Shown here in pieces: positions 1 through 13,025 of a DNA stretch of 64,000 bases. The stretch is from the human T2T-CHM13v2.0 reference genome, Homo sapiens. The first letter of the stretch is position 1. The number at the start of each line of letters is the position of its first letter. The stretch lies in NCBI RefSeq assembly GCF_009914755.1, contig NC_060936.1; one strand, 5' to 3'. The position numbers and the translations under genes were made by a program. Below the pieces are notes generated by a model. The model saw nothing but the letters and a program-made list of their open reading frames with translations, was not told the DNA's origin and searched no databases.

Positions 1-100
1 ACAGGTGATTTACTTTGTCTAAGGGTGCATACTTATCAGTGGCAGAATAAGGATCAAACCCCTGTCTATGGCTCTCAATTCATGATCCTTTCTATCATCA
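1..100 (-). mobile_element. MIR SINE fragment
   Basis: Degenerate match to reverse MIR core (..aagggtgcatacttatcagtggcagaataaggatcaaacc..). Confidence 0.6.
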
Positions 101-989
101 TCCATAAGGAAATCCATCACATGATTTAAAGCATATCCACACCCACACAGTGCCATGTATCTTTTGAATTTGGTCTTCATAAATACTCAGGAAGGAAATA
201 TATTTTCTCACCTTTCATAGGTGACCAAACTGGCACAGATCTCTACTAAGAATACTATTTAAAAGGGGAAAGTAGATAATAAATTTGAAAATCCAAAGAC
301 AGAGGTAAAGATAGAAAGAAATGCTTCTCAGGATATAAAGGGCAATGTTTTTCTTATTTAGAAATGTCATGTCATTCCTTATTCCAAAATTAACTAAAAT
401 ATTACTTTATGCTTCTCTTCACCACTCATAATTATCCTTTAATTATATTCAATAAGTCAGAAAATATTGAGGCGTTTTTATAGAACAGTAATAAACCCAG
501 TCTGTGACTATGAGCTTAGGTCTTTCACTAGCTCATTAGATGACTCTGAGATAATTTCTTGGCTTCCTTCTCCCTCATCAACTTAATGCTACTTGCCAAT
601 ATGCCCAGGAAATGCATGGAAGAAGTAGGATGATTGTGAGACTCCTCGTTTACAAAATGCTCTTAGAAAATCTGTATAGATGCCAACATTAGCGTGGAAT
701 TCTTTCAACAATGTGTTTTTAAAAGTTAGAAGCAGAATTGAATTCATTTTGCCAGTTTAGAAGATACAACTTTTCTAAAAACACAAACAAAATTAACATT
801 TACCTGAATATTCCAAAATATTCACAGCATGTGTCTGGAACTTTAGATTCTTCTCTATTGTAATATTTAGGGTATTGTATTAGGTTCTCCAGAGTAACAG
901 AAGGAAAGAGGAAACTATGTGCATATATATGTGTGTAGATGCATTTTGCATGTGCATATACACATATATATGCATGATATGTGCCCTTA

Positions 990-1140
990 AAGTAAATTAC
1001 CTGTTTGGTTTTCAGTTTCTTCACTTGTAAAATAGAGATAAGGACAGATCTTCATAAGATTATTATAATATTGATACCAAACATATTTAGTACTTGACAA
1101 AGGTCCAAAGAATTGATAATCAGTAACATTTATTTGTTAG
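990..1140 (+). mobile_element. MIR SINE fragment
   Basis: ttcagtttcttcacttgtaaaatagagataa resembles MIR core ctcagtttcctcatctgtaaaatggggataa. Confidence 0.65.
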
Positions 1141-1324
1141 AATAACTCTATAATATTAATGTTCCTTTTATTTTTACTATTCATTAATATTTTACTTAAA
1201 TCACCACTGATTAATTTTTTTCTTTTTCTTTTTTACTTTTTTCAAACCTTGTGGCATCTGGTGATAAATTAATTATGTAGAGATATATAATTGTATATAT
1301 AATTAATGTATTTAAAACATATTA

Positions 1325-1400
1325 ATAATATGATTATTCCTATTTTATAAATGAGGAAACTGAAAGAGAAGTTAAGAAGTTTGCCCAACATTCTAGCATG
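1325..1400 (-). mobile_element. MIR SINE fragment
   Basis: attattcctattttataaatgaggaaactga...gttaagaagtttgcccaa = reverse MIR core. Confidence 0.75.
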
Positions 1401-2086
1401 GCCAGGACATGGTGCAAGCTGCCATGATAAAGTTGTTAAGTTTGCCACTAAGGCCAATTTATGCAGCCCTAGCACTCTTGGACAGGTGGGAAAGAGCTTT
1501 CAGGTGCCTGAAGCATACCTCTTCTGGAAACAAGAGAGCAGTAGTTTAGTGTATCATAAGGTTCCTCCTCCTATTAAGCAGCAAGATTCTTCAATAGTTG
1601 CTATTCTTTACTTGTCATCATCAAAGCTAAAATGCTGGCTAGAGGCCATATTTTATGCAGATTGCTTGAGTAAGCCAGTTTCTATGTTCCATCCACAAGT
1701 GGGGCATGGGGAATGTAACACAGAGGAAGAGATGAGCAATACCTGTATTCCACCTCAGCAGTCTGACCACAATCTACTCATTACTTCAGGCCTGACAACC
1801 CCCAGTTCTGGGAGGCCTTAGACTTAACCATGTCTGTTCCTACCTTGACATTTGGATGGAGGATTAAAATAGTTCTTTATATAATTGTATCTATGATATA
1901 GAAGAATAATATTCTATCATTCATTCATTCATCTATTTACTCAACATTCTATGTGCATAGAAGTTGATGAAGAGCTTTCACTCATAGCTAAGAGCATTAA
2001 TTTGCCCATTCTATGCCCATTCAGTTGATTAATATGCCCATTGATTTATTGTAGGTTGAGTGTTTATCACTTAGTACTCTACATCC

Positions 2087-2330
2087 ATACAGTTGGTTAA
2101 CAGCACAGGTTTTATTATTAGACAGTTTCTGATTTTGGCTCCACTATTTTCTAATTATCTTATCTTGAACAAATTTCTTTCTGACTGTCTCTAGAACTCA
2201 TTGTCTCACCATAAAACAAAGAAAGTAATATTTTTTTCTCATAAGATGGTTTAACGATTAAAGGAGATGATACAAATAAAGCCCCTAACACTATCTGGAA
2301 CCTAGGTAGCACTCAAGAAAGTATACCTAT
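2087..2330 (+). mobile_element. MIR SINE, near full length, diverged
   Basis: Starts agttggttaacagcacagg (tRNA-derived head), ends ..cctaggtagcactcaagaaa (MIR/L2 tail). Confidence 0.6.
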
Positions 2331-4640
2331 GAACATTAGTTACTACCTACTTTTCAAAAATCATAACAGTAAGAACACTCTTAGATAAATAAAATAAAAG
2401 ATAAATTGAGACACAGTCTCTGACTGCAAGAAATTTATGGTATAGCGTCACTAGACCCCTAGTGGTTCTCCAGCCTGGAAAAAATTGAGAGGGAGATTAA
2501 CTGATCAGAGACCTTGAATATTGACCCAGCTTGCAAATATTTAACAACAGAATGTAAGATTACAGATTAATAGAAATAAAATACTTGGACCTCTAAAGAG
2601 ATAAACATATGTATAGCAACATTCTGAATGTTAATAAAGACTATTTTTGAATTGGTTGGTAATAGTAAAATGGAAATGGTAGAAACACAAAATATATTGT
2701 ACATTAGATGTCATAACTCACTTGATTATGAAAGAACACATTCTTCACTAAAAATAAGTCATGTGCATTATCTATCCACTGATGTGCAATGTCATTTAAG
2801 ACATTCCATCATTCTCTGCTTGAGCACTCTTCTGTAATCTCATGAGGTGTCCAGGGAAGAGACAATGATAGCCAAGACATTAAAATGTAATCAAGATATG
2901 CAAATTCATATCTAAATATGATTTGCTAGGAAAAAGAAATTAATCTGGGCATGGTCAAATAAACAATGTGTAATATGGATAATTAATCACCAAATTAGCA
3001 GCTGCAGTCCCTTGAGGAAATTATGCAAATTGAAAAGACCCCCATCCACTGACACAATTACACCACTTAATGGCAAACTCTCAACAAAATAACCCTTGGG
3101 AACATCACAAAACAAATAGCCCAATCAACCTTAGTGTCCCAAACTCCACTGCAATATTTAATATCATCTAATATTGTTTCTTCCTAGTTTGAGCTTATTC
3201 AGAAGGGCTCTATTACATTTTGCTAGAAAATATTCTAATTCTACATCATGGATGATCCATTATGTGGTCTGCTCAGAGTCTAGTTTTCCCCTATGAATCA
3301 AATATCTTTTTATTGAAATCTGAAATATTGCAAATGATAGGACTTCATGAATCAAGAAAGACCAATTATGTATTTCCTGTCAGTAACACAAAAGCAAGAA
3401 AATATTGATGCACCACCAAAGTGTACCCTCTGAGGCTTGATGTCACCCATTTATTATGTCAGCAGCAAAGAAAGGATTCCTACCCTTCACCAATAACTAA
3501 TATCATCATCTCAGGCAGGAATATTTTGTCTCCAAGAATATTAGAATGCTGTCCTATGCCTGCCCCTAAAATATATATAGTAAGTAATCCTATCTTTAGT
3601 TTCCCTACTCCACCTACATTGAAGTTAATGACAAAATTAGTCTTATAGAACTCTTTGAGATTGAGCCCAAAAGAACTTATTGGATTCCATTGCTACACCC
3701 ACCCCCCCAACCCCCAAATATGTGATACCACCTCCAGTGAGATACCAAACCTTCCTGGATAGAAATAAAAGATCCTTCGCTTCCAGAAAAGGATTTATTA
3801 GATATTTTATTATTATAATTTTGCTGATGAAAAGACTAATCCTAGAGAACAAATTTTATTAGTACTGTGGTTGCTGCTGGTTTTATTGTATGCATCATTT
3901 TTAGATGCCATTTATATGCCTGGCAATAAGGCTAGTGATGCCGTGTATTTCATGTATTTTCCCAACCAATCTAATATGCCCAAGGTCAAAAACTCAGAAT
4001 TGACAAACCTGAGCTGAAGATTCTAGGTCTTCGGAGTCTCCAAGTAGCATGCTACATGCCATGCCAATCATTATGTCAAGTGATACGCCCAAGATACTGC
4101 AGCCAAGATCTCAACAGCCAAACTGGGAATGAAATGCAGCTGTGTTGTCCACTCATTTTTCCATGTGCAGAAAGCCATAACTGATATGAAAGCAGATTCT
4201 GCTTATACTGCCAATATTCAATTCCTCTGGCTATCTAGAGGACAGGATTGGACCTCCATAGGAGTCAATGCATTACCTTACCCTGAGAAGAGGGAATTGT
4301 AGCTTTCACATATATTTTGCCCTCATTCCTTTATTGTGTTCCTAAACTTAAGAGTGCAATAAAAGCCAGATGAGGACTGGAATCTATTTCTCTGTAAAAT
4401 TGTTATTTAGGAAGCCATAAACAAATGTTATAAACATTAGCAATGGCATACCCCTCTACCCTTGTTAATCAAATGTCCAAGTCTGTCTGCATCTAGAACC
4501 ACAAACTACTAGTGTTTTTAGCAGTGAAAGTGTTTTCTGAAAGTGGTCAGAAGTCGTCTAATCTAGTGATTTGCAAGCAATCCTCTGCAGAACATGAGGG
4601 AGTCTAAAATGTACCCCAGGGGCCACTTTGGAGTGATACA

Positions 4641-5448
4641 GGTGAAAGGAGTGTCTTTTATTACTCAAAACAAGCCCCTCTCAACCTCAGCTGAGTTGAT
4701 GTTAATAAGGTGATATTTTGAAAAGCCCCTAAAGTTGGGCAGCTGGTTTCCAGGGGAACCAACATGATTAGAGGGTTGGAACTTTCAGCCTCACCACACC
4801 CCCAACCTCTGGGGTTGGGAGAGGGGCCGGAGATTGTCCTCAATCACCAGTGACCAATGATTTAATCAATTGTGCCTATGTAACAAGGCCTCTGTTAAAA
4901 TCTTAAACTATGGTGTTCAGATAGTTTCTGGGCTGGTGAGCAGGAACTCCTCTACATGCTGGGAGGGCGGTACATCCTCAACTCCACAGGAATGGAGGCT
5001 CCTGTGCCCAGGACCCTTCCAGACCTCATGGCTTATTATCTCTTCATCTGGTTGTCCATTTCTATCCTTTAACTTATTCTTTTTAACACATTAGCAATAG
5101 TAAGTAAACTTTTCCTGGGTTCATTGAGCTGTTCTAGCAGATTATCAAACATGAGGAGAGAACTTCTGATTTGTAGCCACGTCAGAGAGAAGTTGTGGAT
5201 AACCTAGATACCCACTATATGAGATTGGCATCTGAAGTGGGAGGCTGTCTATTGAGGGCTGGGCCCTTAATCTGTGGGGTCTACACTAACTCTGGGTAGT
5301 TAGTCTGAGAATTAAGTTAATTTGTAGCACACCTAGGTTGGTGTCCTCTGAGAGCTAGTGAATTGGTTGGTGAGGAAAAATGCTACATACACATTTGGCT
5401 TCAGAAGTGTTCCGTGAGTAAGTACAGAAGAAACAGTTTTCCCTTATA
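4641..5448 (+). mobile_element. MER21-family LTR (MER21B/C-like), 5' truncated
   Basis: Characteristic segments ggggaaccaacatgattagagggttggaactttcagcc, ccaatgatttaatcaat..cctatgtaa, ggacccttccagacctc, gattggcatctgaagtgg and 3' end agaaacagttttcc. Confidence 0.8.
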
Positions 5449-7096
5449 GTCATCCTATGTAAGTCAATTCCCTAAGGTCACACCTGAGTGACCAGTGTTC
5501 CAGCACTTTGTCAGTGCCTGTTGCCACCTTGGTGTTAAATCTTCCCTATGAACCAGTGTAATCTGTGACTTTTTTAATACAAATTCCATCTGTGAATCAC
5601 CACTATGACCTCTTTCCCAAATGTCATCTTTTAGCTCTTTGGAGTCAGTCAGGGTCAGATATTGATTTAACGAAGTCGATCTGATAATGAAGTTCTCTTC
5701 CTGATAAAATTCAATACAGAGAGACAGCATTGTCTGCTCTGACCCTGAAGCTTTGTACCAAAGTGACCTACTGACTTAGCACACCCCCAGTTCATAGCCT
5801 CTACTACCTTTCTACAATAACCAGGAATCTTCTGCTTGTTTGAGCCACTCTTGTCTTATTACCAGATCACTCTGATCACTACCTCTATTACACATTTATT
5901 ATCTCACTATAGTCCTTTGAACCCCATGTATATGACTGGTTTTCCAGTGTCGAGTTTCCATTCTTACTCAAAAACTTTGGCTGGAAACATTAGAGTCCCA
6001 GTTCTGCTCCGGTCCACCTGCGTAAACTTAGACTAGCATTGTTTGAAATAACACTAGATTAGATAATTTATAATCGTATATCTATTGCTAAAATTTTAAA
6101 TTTCAAAATTATTTAAAATCTTAATTGTGATTTTATTGTTGATTAAAATTAAAATATCTGCTCCACTTTTTTGGGTGAGGGGATTTCTGTAAATACAACA
6201 TGAGCTCATACGTTTGAGTGATTTTTGTTAACTGTATATAAAACCAAAGAAATATATTGTGATTTCTGGACCTGGTTTCAGTTACATTATCTCTATGTTA
6301 TAATGTAAAGTTGCAAGAAACACCAACCTACAGAGAGTTGCATTATTCAGATGTTTCTTTAAAGTTTTCCTGAGCTTCATACCCTTGAATTTTCTGTGCA
6401 CTAAGATGTGAAATCCCTGAGCTTTGTGACATTTCTGTGATCAAGAAAAAGAAAATAACAAGAAATCCTATCTAAGGAAGGAGGCAGAAACATCAAAGCA
6501 GATAAGTAAAGGAGAAACATCCATATCCCAAACATGTCGACCGATGGTTTTTATTGTCACAAAATAGTGATATCAAGCACATTCTTTCAGAGCAAAGTCT
6601 AAAGACAGCTACACAAAAATGAAAGCTGAGTGGGAAAACTTAATTGGAGATTTGATTGTGTCCAATCCCTAACTTTTAATCTTATTTTTCATTGAACTCT
6701 GCACATACAACATACATATCAACAAATATATACACATACAGATATATAACCCCGGGTTTGCTTAACTACAGAATATGAAGTAAATAAGAACCAGGCAACC
6801 ACTTCACACTTGCCACTAGACACATTATTTGAGTAAGTTGTGATGGACACTACGTTGTTCTTATATGTTAATCGGGTCAAGGCCATCTGATCTTGATTCT
6901 AAGAGTACTTAGCAGAAAAAAGTTATGTAAGAGGATCAGTTTGTTTATTTTAGCCACATAATGGCAAACGTAAGACTAATTTTCTTATTTAATTGATAAC
7001 AGCTAATCAGTATTTTTGGTATCTGCAAAAAGATGCAGACTAGAAAATAAATGCTGCAGTCAGACTATTGGAGAAGAGAAAGGTAAAGAAATACCT

Positions 7097-7379
7097 GGCT
7101 AGGCGCAGTGGCTCAAGCCTGTAATTCCAGCAATTTGGGAGGCCGAGGTGGGCAGATCACCTAAGGCCAGGAGTTTGAGACCATCCTGGCCAACATGGCG
7201 AAACCCCGCCTCTACTAAAAATACAAAAATTAGCTGGGTGTGGTGATGGGTGCCTGTAATCCTAGCTACTCAGGAAGCTGAGGCTAGAGAATCGCTTGAA
7301 CCTGGGAGGTGGAGTTTGTAGTGAGCCAAGAGTGTGCCACTGCACTCCACACTAGGCAACATAGTGAGATTCTGTATCC

Positions 7380-7412
<33 letters not shown>

Positions 7413-7417
7413 AGAAG
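7097..7417 (+). mobile_element. AluS (Sx/Sz-like), full length
   Basis: Dimeric Alu with A5TACA5 linker and A-tail; TSD AAGAAATACCT at 7086-7096 and 7418-7428. Confidence 0.97.
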
Positions 7418-7430
7418 AAGAAATACCTAG

Positions 7431-8031
7431 TATCTTAGTACCATTTATTTTGCTATTAAAAAAATACAGTAAGCCCCCCACATCCTTGGAGGATTAGTTC
7501 CAGAACCCCCCAAATATACCTAAATCCAAGTATGCACAAGTCCCCTATATAAAATGGCATAGTACAGTCAGCCCTCCATATTTGCAGGATTTAGTCTGTG
7601 GTTGGTTGGTTGAATCTGCACATGTGAAACCGCTGGTACAGAGGGGCTGACTATACCACAGACTAAGTAATTTATAAAGAAAAGAGGTTTATTTAGCTCA
7701 TGTTTCTGAAGGCTGGGAAGTTCAAGATTGGGTGACCACACCTGGCAAGGGTCTCTGTTGGAAAAGAGCCTCTGTTGGCAAGGGTCTGTTGGAAAAGCAG
7801 AGGAATCACAAGGTGAAAGGGAACATGAGAAAGCCAGACTTGCTTTTACTGGAATCCACTCTGGAGGTAACTTACCCATTCCCATAAGAATTAACCCACT
7901 TGAGAGAAATGCATTAATCTTCTTAATGATTGAATTGCCTCTTTTTAAGGCTGTACCTCCTAACACTCTGAAAATGGCAATCAATTTCAACGTGAATTTT
8001 GAGAAAACAAACCATATTCAAACCATAGACA
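7431..8031 (-). mobile_element. MaLR solo LTR (MSTC/MSTD-like) interrupted by MER8
   Basis: tatcttagtaccatttattttgctat..aaata|ccacagactaagtaatttataaagaaaagaggtttatttagctca..ttcaaaccatag is the reverse MST LTR pattern. Confidence 0.85.
7467..7653 (+). mobile_element. MER8-like Tigger-family non-autonomous DNA transposon
   Basis: cagtaagcccc..ggattagttccagaaccccc..aagtcccctatataaaatggcatagtacagtcagccctcc..gaggggctgacta; TA at 7465-7466 and 7654-7655. Confidence 0.8.
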
Positions 8032-8178
8032 TTGGAAACCACTTAACTAATTGGTAGTACAATTCTCCCCTTAGTTTTTCTTCCTTTGGCAATATGATTC
8101 CTACTTCTTCCCCTTTCTTTCTTACTTTCTTTTGTGGTTCCCATCTATTCTTTCTCAACTGTGGCTATTCAATATACT

Positions 8179-8234
<56 letters not shown>
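8179..8234 (+). repeat. (TAG)n microsatellite, ~18 perfect units
   Basis: Direct reading. Confidence 0.98.
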
Positions 8235-8989
8235 TTGGAATTATTATTACTATTGTTTAATTGTATTTGCTTTGGGGAGAAGATAAAGAAGAAATCTTCA
8301 AGGATGCCCAGTGTTTGGCTTAGTCTTGAGTAGACCACAAGGCTCATGGGAGGAAGACTCTTTACAGTTAAAGTCAGCCTAATTCCTACAATTATATTTC
8401 TGTCTAATAGATGCTTTGGCTAGGGAGATGAAATAGCAACACCATACTCTGTGGGTAAATGATGAAAAAAACTCCATGTAGTACAATTTTTTTGTATGCT
8501 TAATCTGCAAAGGTGCTTTTACTGGAAGATAAAGATTTAGTAAAGGGGTTTCTACACCCCAGAAATGACTACATGATAGCAGAATCTACTGTGAACTTTC
8601 AGGTTGCTTAATGAATAGCCTGGCTCACTTTATAGTTAATTAATACATACTCTATTGTGTATTATGTGAAAATGACTTAGAATCCCTAAGGAAATGGTCA
8701 GTGTGGATAGACCATGGGAGGAAGGGAGGTCAATAAGAGAGTTGTCATAAGAACAATGTTTTTTGTTTGTTTTTATTAGGCAAATAACAGATGATCAATC
8801 CGCAAATAAAAACTCCCTCATATGGTTCAAAAGTAAAAGTGTCTGTTAGTTTTCTAGCTTTGGAGAAATTGATTTTCATAGCTTTATATATCTCCTTTTA
8901 CATTTTAAAAGCTTAGCTATTGTATTGAGATGTTTAGGAGTCCCCAAGCATTCCACGTGCTTCTGTGTATTTCCCAGAACCATCTACCA

Positions 8990-9410
8990 TACCCTTCAGG
9001 AATGAAGGTTCAAATTGCGTCACCAGGTAAAGAACCATGACTAGCTGACGTGCTTGCTGAAGGCAAAGGGAATACAGAATGGATGGTGGTATAAGATAGT
9101 TATAAATACCAGCTATGCTCAACTGATCAGTTAAATAAATAAGGACTGTAATTGTTACAAGCATTTATTTCAGTATGTTTAGCTTTATGTCGTAATACTT
9201 AAGTTATAGGATATGAGATATCAGAAAGAAAAGTGAACAACACACAAACACTTTACCTCCGCTTCTGGGGAAGGGATTAGTACATTTTCAGTAATATGCA
9301 GGATAGTTGTATTATGTTAAGCAGAATTATGGCCTGGTTATTGTCTTTATTTGGAGGTTAAGTATGAGTTACAGAGATGAATATGGGTGCCCAGTTGACA
9401 AGAGGTGGAC
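8990..9410 (+). mobile_element. ERV-L internal 3' end, including polypurine tract
   Basis: cccttcaggaatgaaggtt..caccaggtaaagaaccatga..gtgcttgctgaaggcaaagggaatacagaatgg is ERVL-int 3' sequence; ends aagaggtggac (PPT) abutting the LTR. Confidence 0.85.
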
Positions 9411-9876
9411 TCATGATGGTTAACTTTTGTCAACTTGACTGGGCCACAGAATGCCCAGATATTTGAACAAACATTATTATGGGTATTTTTGTAAGAGTAT
9501 TTTTGAATTAGATTAACATTTAAATCCATAGACTGAATAATGTGAGTGGGTCTCACTCAATAAATTGAAGGCATGAATAGAACCAAAATGTTGACCCTCC
9601 TTCAAGTAATAGAGCACTCTCTCTGCCTACTTTTGAACTGGGACATTGGCTTTTTTCTGGCCTTTGAACTGAAACTACACCATTGGCTTTTCTGGGTCTC
9701 CAGCTTGTTGACTCACCTACAAATTCTGGGACTTGCCCACCTCCATAATTATGTGAGCAAATTTCTAATAATCTCTCTGTCATATATGTGTGTGTGTGTG
9801 TGTGCGCGCACGTGTGCATGGGGGTGTGTGTGTGTATCTTATTAGTCTGTTTTTCTGGAGAACCCTGACTAATACA
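9411..9876 (+). mobile_element. MLT2 (ERV-L) LTR
   Basis: tgatggttaacttttgtcaacttgactgggccaca..cccagatattt; internal (TG)n; ends ctggagaaccctgactaataca. Confidence 0.9.
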
Positions 9877-12674
9877 AAGTTTGATTCCAGGAGTGGTGTG
9901 TCTCCTCTATCTTTCTCTTCTTCTGTTGCACTAAATGTGGAGGTCATGGCTCCAGGTCATCTAGCTCAAAATGTTAGACACTCAACCTGCATCATACTTT
10001 ACCTAAGTGAGAAACAAATCTATATATGACATGTCAGTGAAAGAGCTAACAACTAGTATCCTAACACTATGATAATATTTGGGGGTTTCACCTTTGTTCT
10101 GACTATGTCCAGAGCCATGAGATTAAAACTATAATAGGCTTTAAAATGTACAACCCCCAATAATGGAACATACCATCTGATGGGTACAAATGAACCCACA
10201 ATAAAATTAATAAACTAATGTCTCTATTCTTGCTGCTACTTGTGTGTGTGAAACCACTAGGCTGTTGATGATTTCCATATGGTTATCAGGAAATTCCCCC
10301 AAAGAATGTTTCAGGTGTGTTTGCAACGCAAACCGTCAGCTATGGTACACCGGTAGTACCTATTGTGTTCTGCTTCTGCTCTGACTCTCCCTTTTGAAAC
10401 ATATGCCCAAAAAGTCACTTGAAGAGCCTGTTTTTTGCTGCTACTTATGGTAACAACATTTGTACCAAGAAGACTGCCTCTCAATGCTATCAACATTGTT
10501 TTAAGCATCGGTGGTGAGAATTGCCTTCTTCAAACTCTTTACTAGTTTTTGTCATTTGGACTCTAAAACAAAATGTGTTATTCACAAGTTTCCAGGGTCA
10601 TTCATCAAAAAAACAAAAAGCTTCTCTAACACTAAATGATCAAAAACAACATAAAATCAGAGGGTTTGAGGGAACCAAAGGTGCACATTTCCCTCCACTC
10701 ATATCCCTTTCCACTTCAACGAAATACGTTTTTTTTCCTGATTTGCAAAATGAAAGCCCATATACACTTCAATGAATGCACACAAATACTTGTACATGGT
10801 ACAGGTAATGTAAGAAATAAAATAACTATTAGAATTTTTCTTTTACAATGCTAAAAATTAGCTGTTTTTTTCCATTAAATTTATGTGATTGGCATGATGG
10901 TTTTCCTTAATTACTCTACATTTTACCTAATTCTTTTTTACACATGAGTATCATCATAATAAGCTAAACTTTCCTCATGAAATGAGTCACTTTTCCTATC
11001 AGTGTTCTATAACATATAAGAAGATGCTTAGCTACCTACACATTTTAATAAATGCAAATTATAAAAACATTAAAAAAAGTGATAGTTAATGCCCCTAAAC
11101 ACCAGTAGGCAGCACAATTCTAATTATGTCCCTCAATAATTATTTCTAATGAGTAATTCCAAACAAAAAGTAAAATCTGCAACAGAAAGCACCAATTCAA
11201 CATGCAACCTATAATAAATTTATCCATGATACAATTATAATTACTGCATTTTTGCCTAAATATTACTGAAAAGATAACAGCACCCAGAACTCAGGAACAC
11301 TAAATTACTTGAAAGTGCATCCCTTCAGAAAAATCTTTTAATTGATATGAAATTGCTATATTTTCTCAAAAATTTCTGAATGATGCTATTATGCACTAAT
11401 GATCTATATAGACATGTTTTTGAAGCATGTATTAAAAAGCACAACAGTTAATCTTATTATTGGTCATGAATGTGAAACTCGTTTTAGAACATTGATGTTT
11501 TATTTAATACACGACTCACCGGTTATACACAGCAGTGTACAGCAGGGGATAAGAATGTGGAAATCAATGTTTCCCAAGTGGTGTTCTCTCAAAAAACTTA
11601 CCAGATGACTATTGCACCATGACCACTTTTTCTTGTTTTCCTCCATCTACTATCCAAAAGCATACAGCACCAGCCCCTGCAGAAAGAGATTAGACATGAT
11701 ACAATATCTAGGAGCTTATTTAACAGGAAAGTACATAGTGACAGAACAACAATGATTTATTTGTAATGGTGGTGCTTAATGAGTCGTGATTTATTCAGAT
11801 GACCTCCCCTATGTTCCCATGTCCTCATTCCTCCCAGCTCATACCCACAGCCTTCTCTTTTCAGCATAGTTGTGGGGAATGAAGGCTGATGACTGCATTT
11901 GGTTTTAACTATGCATTAATGTTGGAATCTGATATTCTAGGAAAATTTGGTTATTCTGATTGGCTATATTCACTTCCAAGATTCTACAGTTCAATCAATG
12001 TTTCACTGAAGTAAGTCTTGAGTATTCTTAAAAAATGTAAAAAAAAAAATCTATACATGATTTTGTAGAATTTCTTTCACTTTTAAAAACTGCAATACCT
12101 CAGAGTAGGCTTTCAGGGCTTTTCACATAACATTTCTTTTTACTTTTTCTTCTAGTATTTTACCCCCTCTCACTCATCAAGACATAGGATGCCTAGAATG
12201 TATTTCTATTTATGATGATCTTAATTTTTATTCTGGACTGTACAGAAAGAAAGAGTGATCTCCACTAGGAAAATTAGTTGCTGTTTTGAGGGAAGCTACT
12301 TTCTGATTTCACTTAAAATGGTTGCTACATGATTTTCTCAGAATGTGTTAAAAGTTTTGTGGCAGCAGAGTTTAGTATCTTTAAAATTAGGTGGCAGTAT
12401 CTTTAAAATTAATATCCACATTATAGATGATCATTTCTCAGAAACAGACAGTGGAAGTAGAAGTTAACAAAATGGGCAAAGAACTCATATGCCAAAAGTG
12501 TTAACTACTTTTTACTCAATTAAAGGTTGAGTAACTATATAAAAAGCGCCTCAAAGGAGATATGCATCAAGCTTTCAAACACCACTAGCTCCTGAGCACA
12601 ACACTGAAAGGCTTATTAACTTAAAAAGTTGAAATCCGGGTATGGAAATAAATTTTGAGAGACTATCAGAAGTT

Positions 12675-12677
<3 letters not shown>

Positions 12678-12705
<28 letters not shown>
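12678..12705 (+). repeat. (CA)n microsatellite
   Basis: Direct reading. Confidence 0.95.
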
Positions 12706-12708
<3 letters not shown>

Positions 12709-13025
12709 GTTGAGAGTAATGTAAATGCACTAGTCTTTGCCTACACAATTGTAATTCCTTGAATCTTGAACCATTTTATCTGTTTTCCTATACCTTTTCT
12801 TTAGAGCTTACATTAGCCAATATTTATGCTGAATATTTTATTTAGAAGTTTTGTGTTTATAGGAAAGCACACTTGATTATGGAAATATTGTTTTTAAATC
12901 TTACTTCCTAATCAATGATTAGTCAGATGGATAGTAGCATTTAAGTCACTATCCCAAATGGTGACAACAAATTAAATTTTAGGCAGAGTTCCAGGAGGTC
13001 ATGGCTTGTTTTAAAGATAACATAT

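Noticed and set aside
1351-1821. 156-aa ORF, the longest ATG-initiated non-L1 ORF
   Set aside because: Starts inside a MIR, has no recognisable domain and no promoter context; an ORF this long can arise by chance in 64 kb.
8094-8347. Poly-Val / poly-Thr ORFs
   Set aside because: Translation artefacts of the (TAG)n microsatellite.
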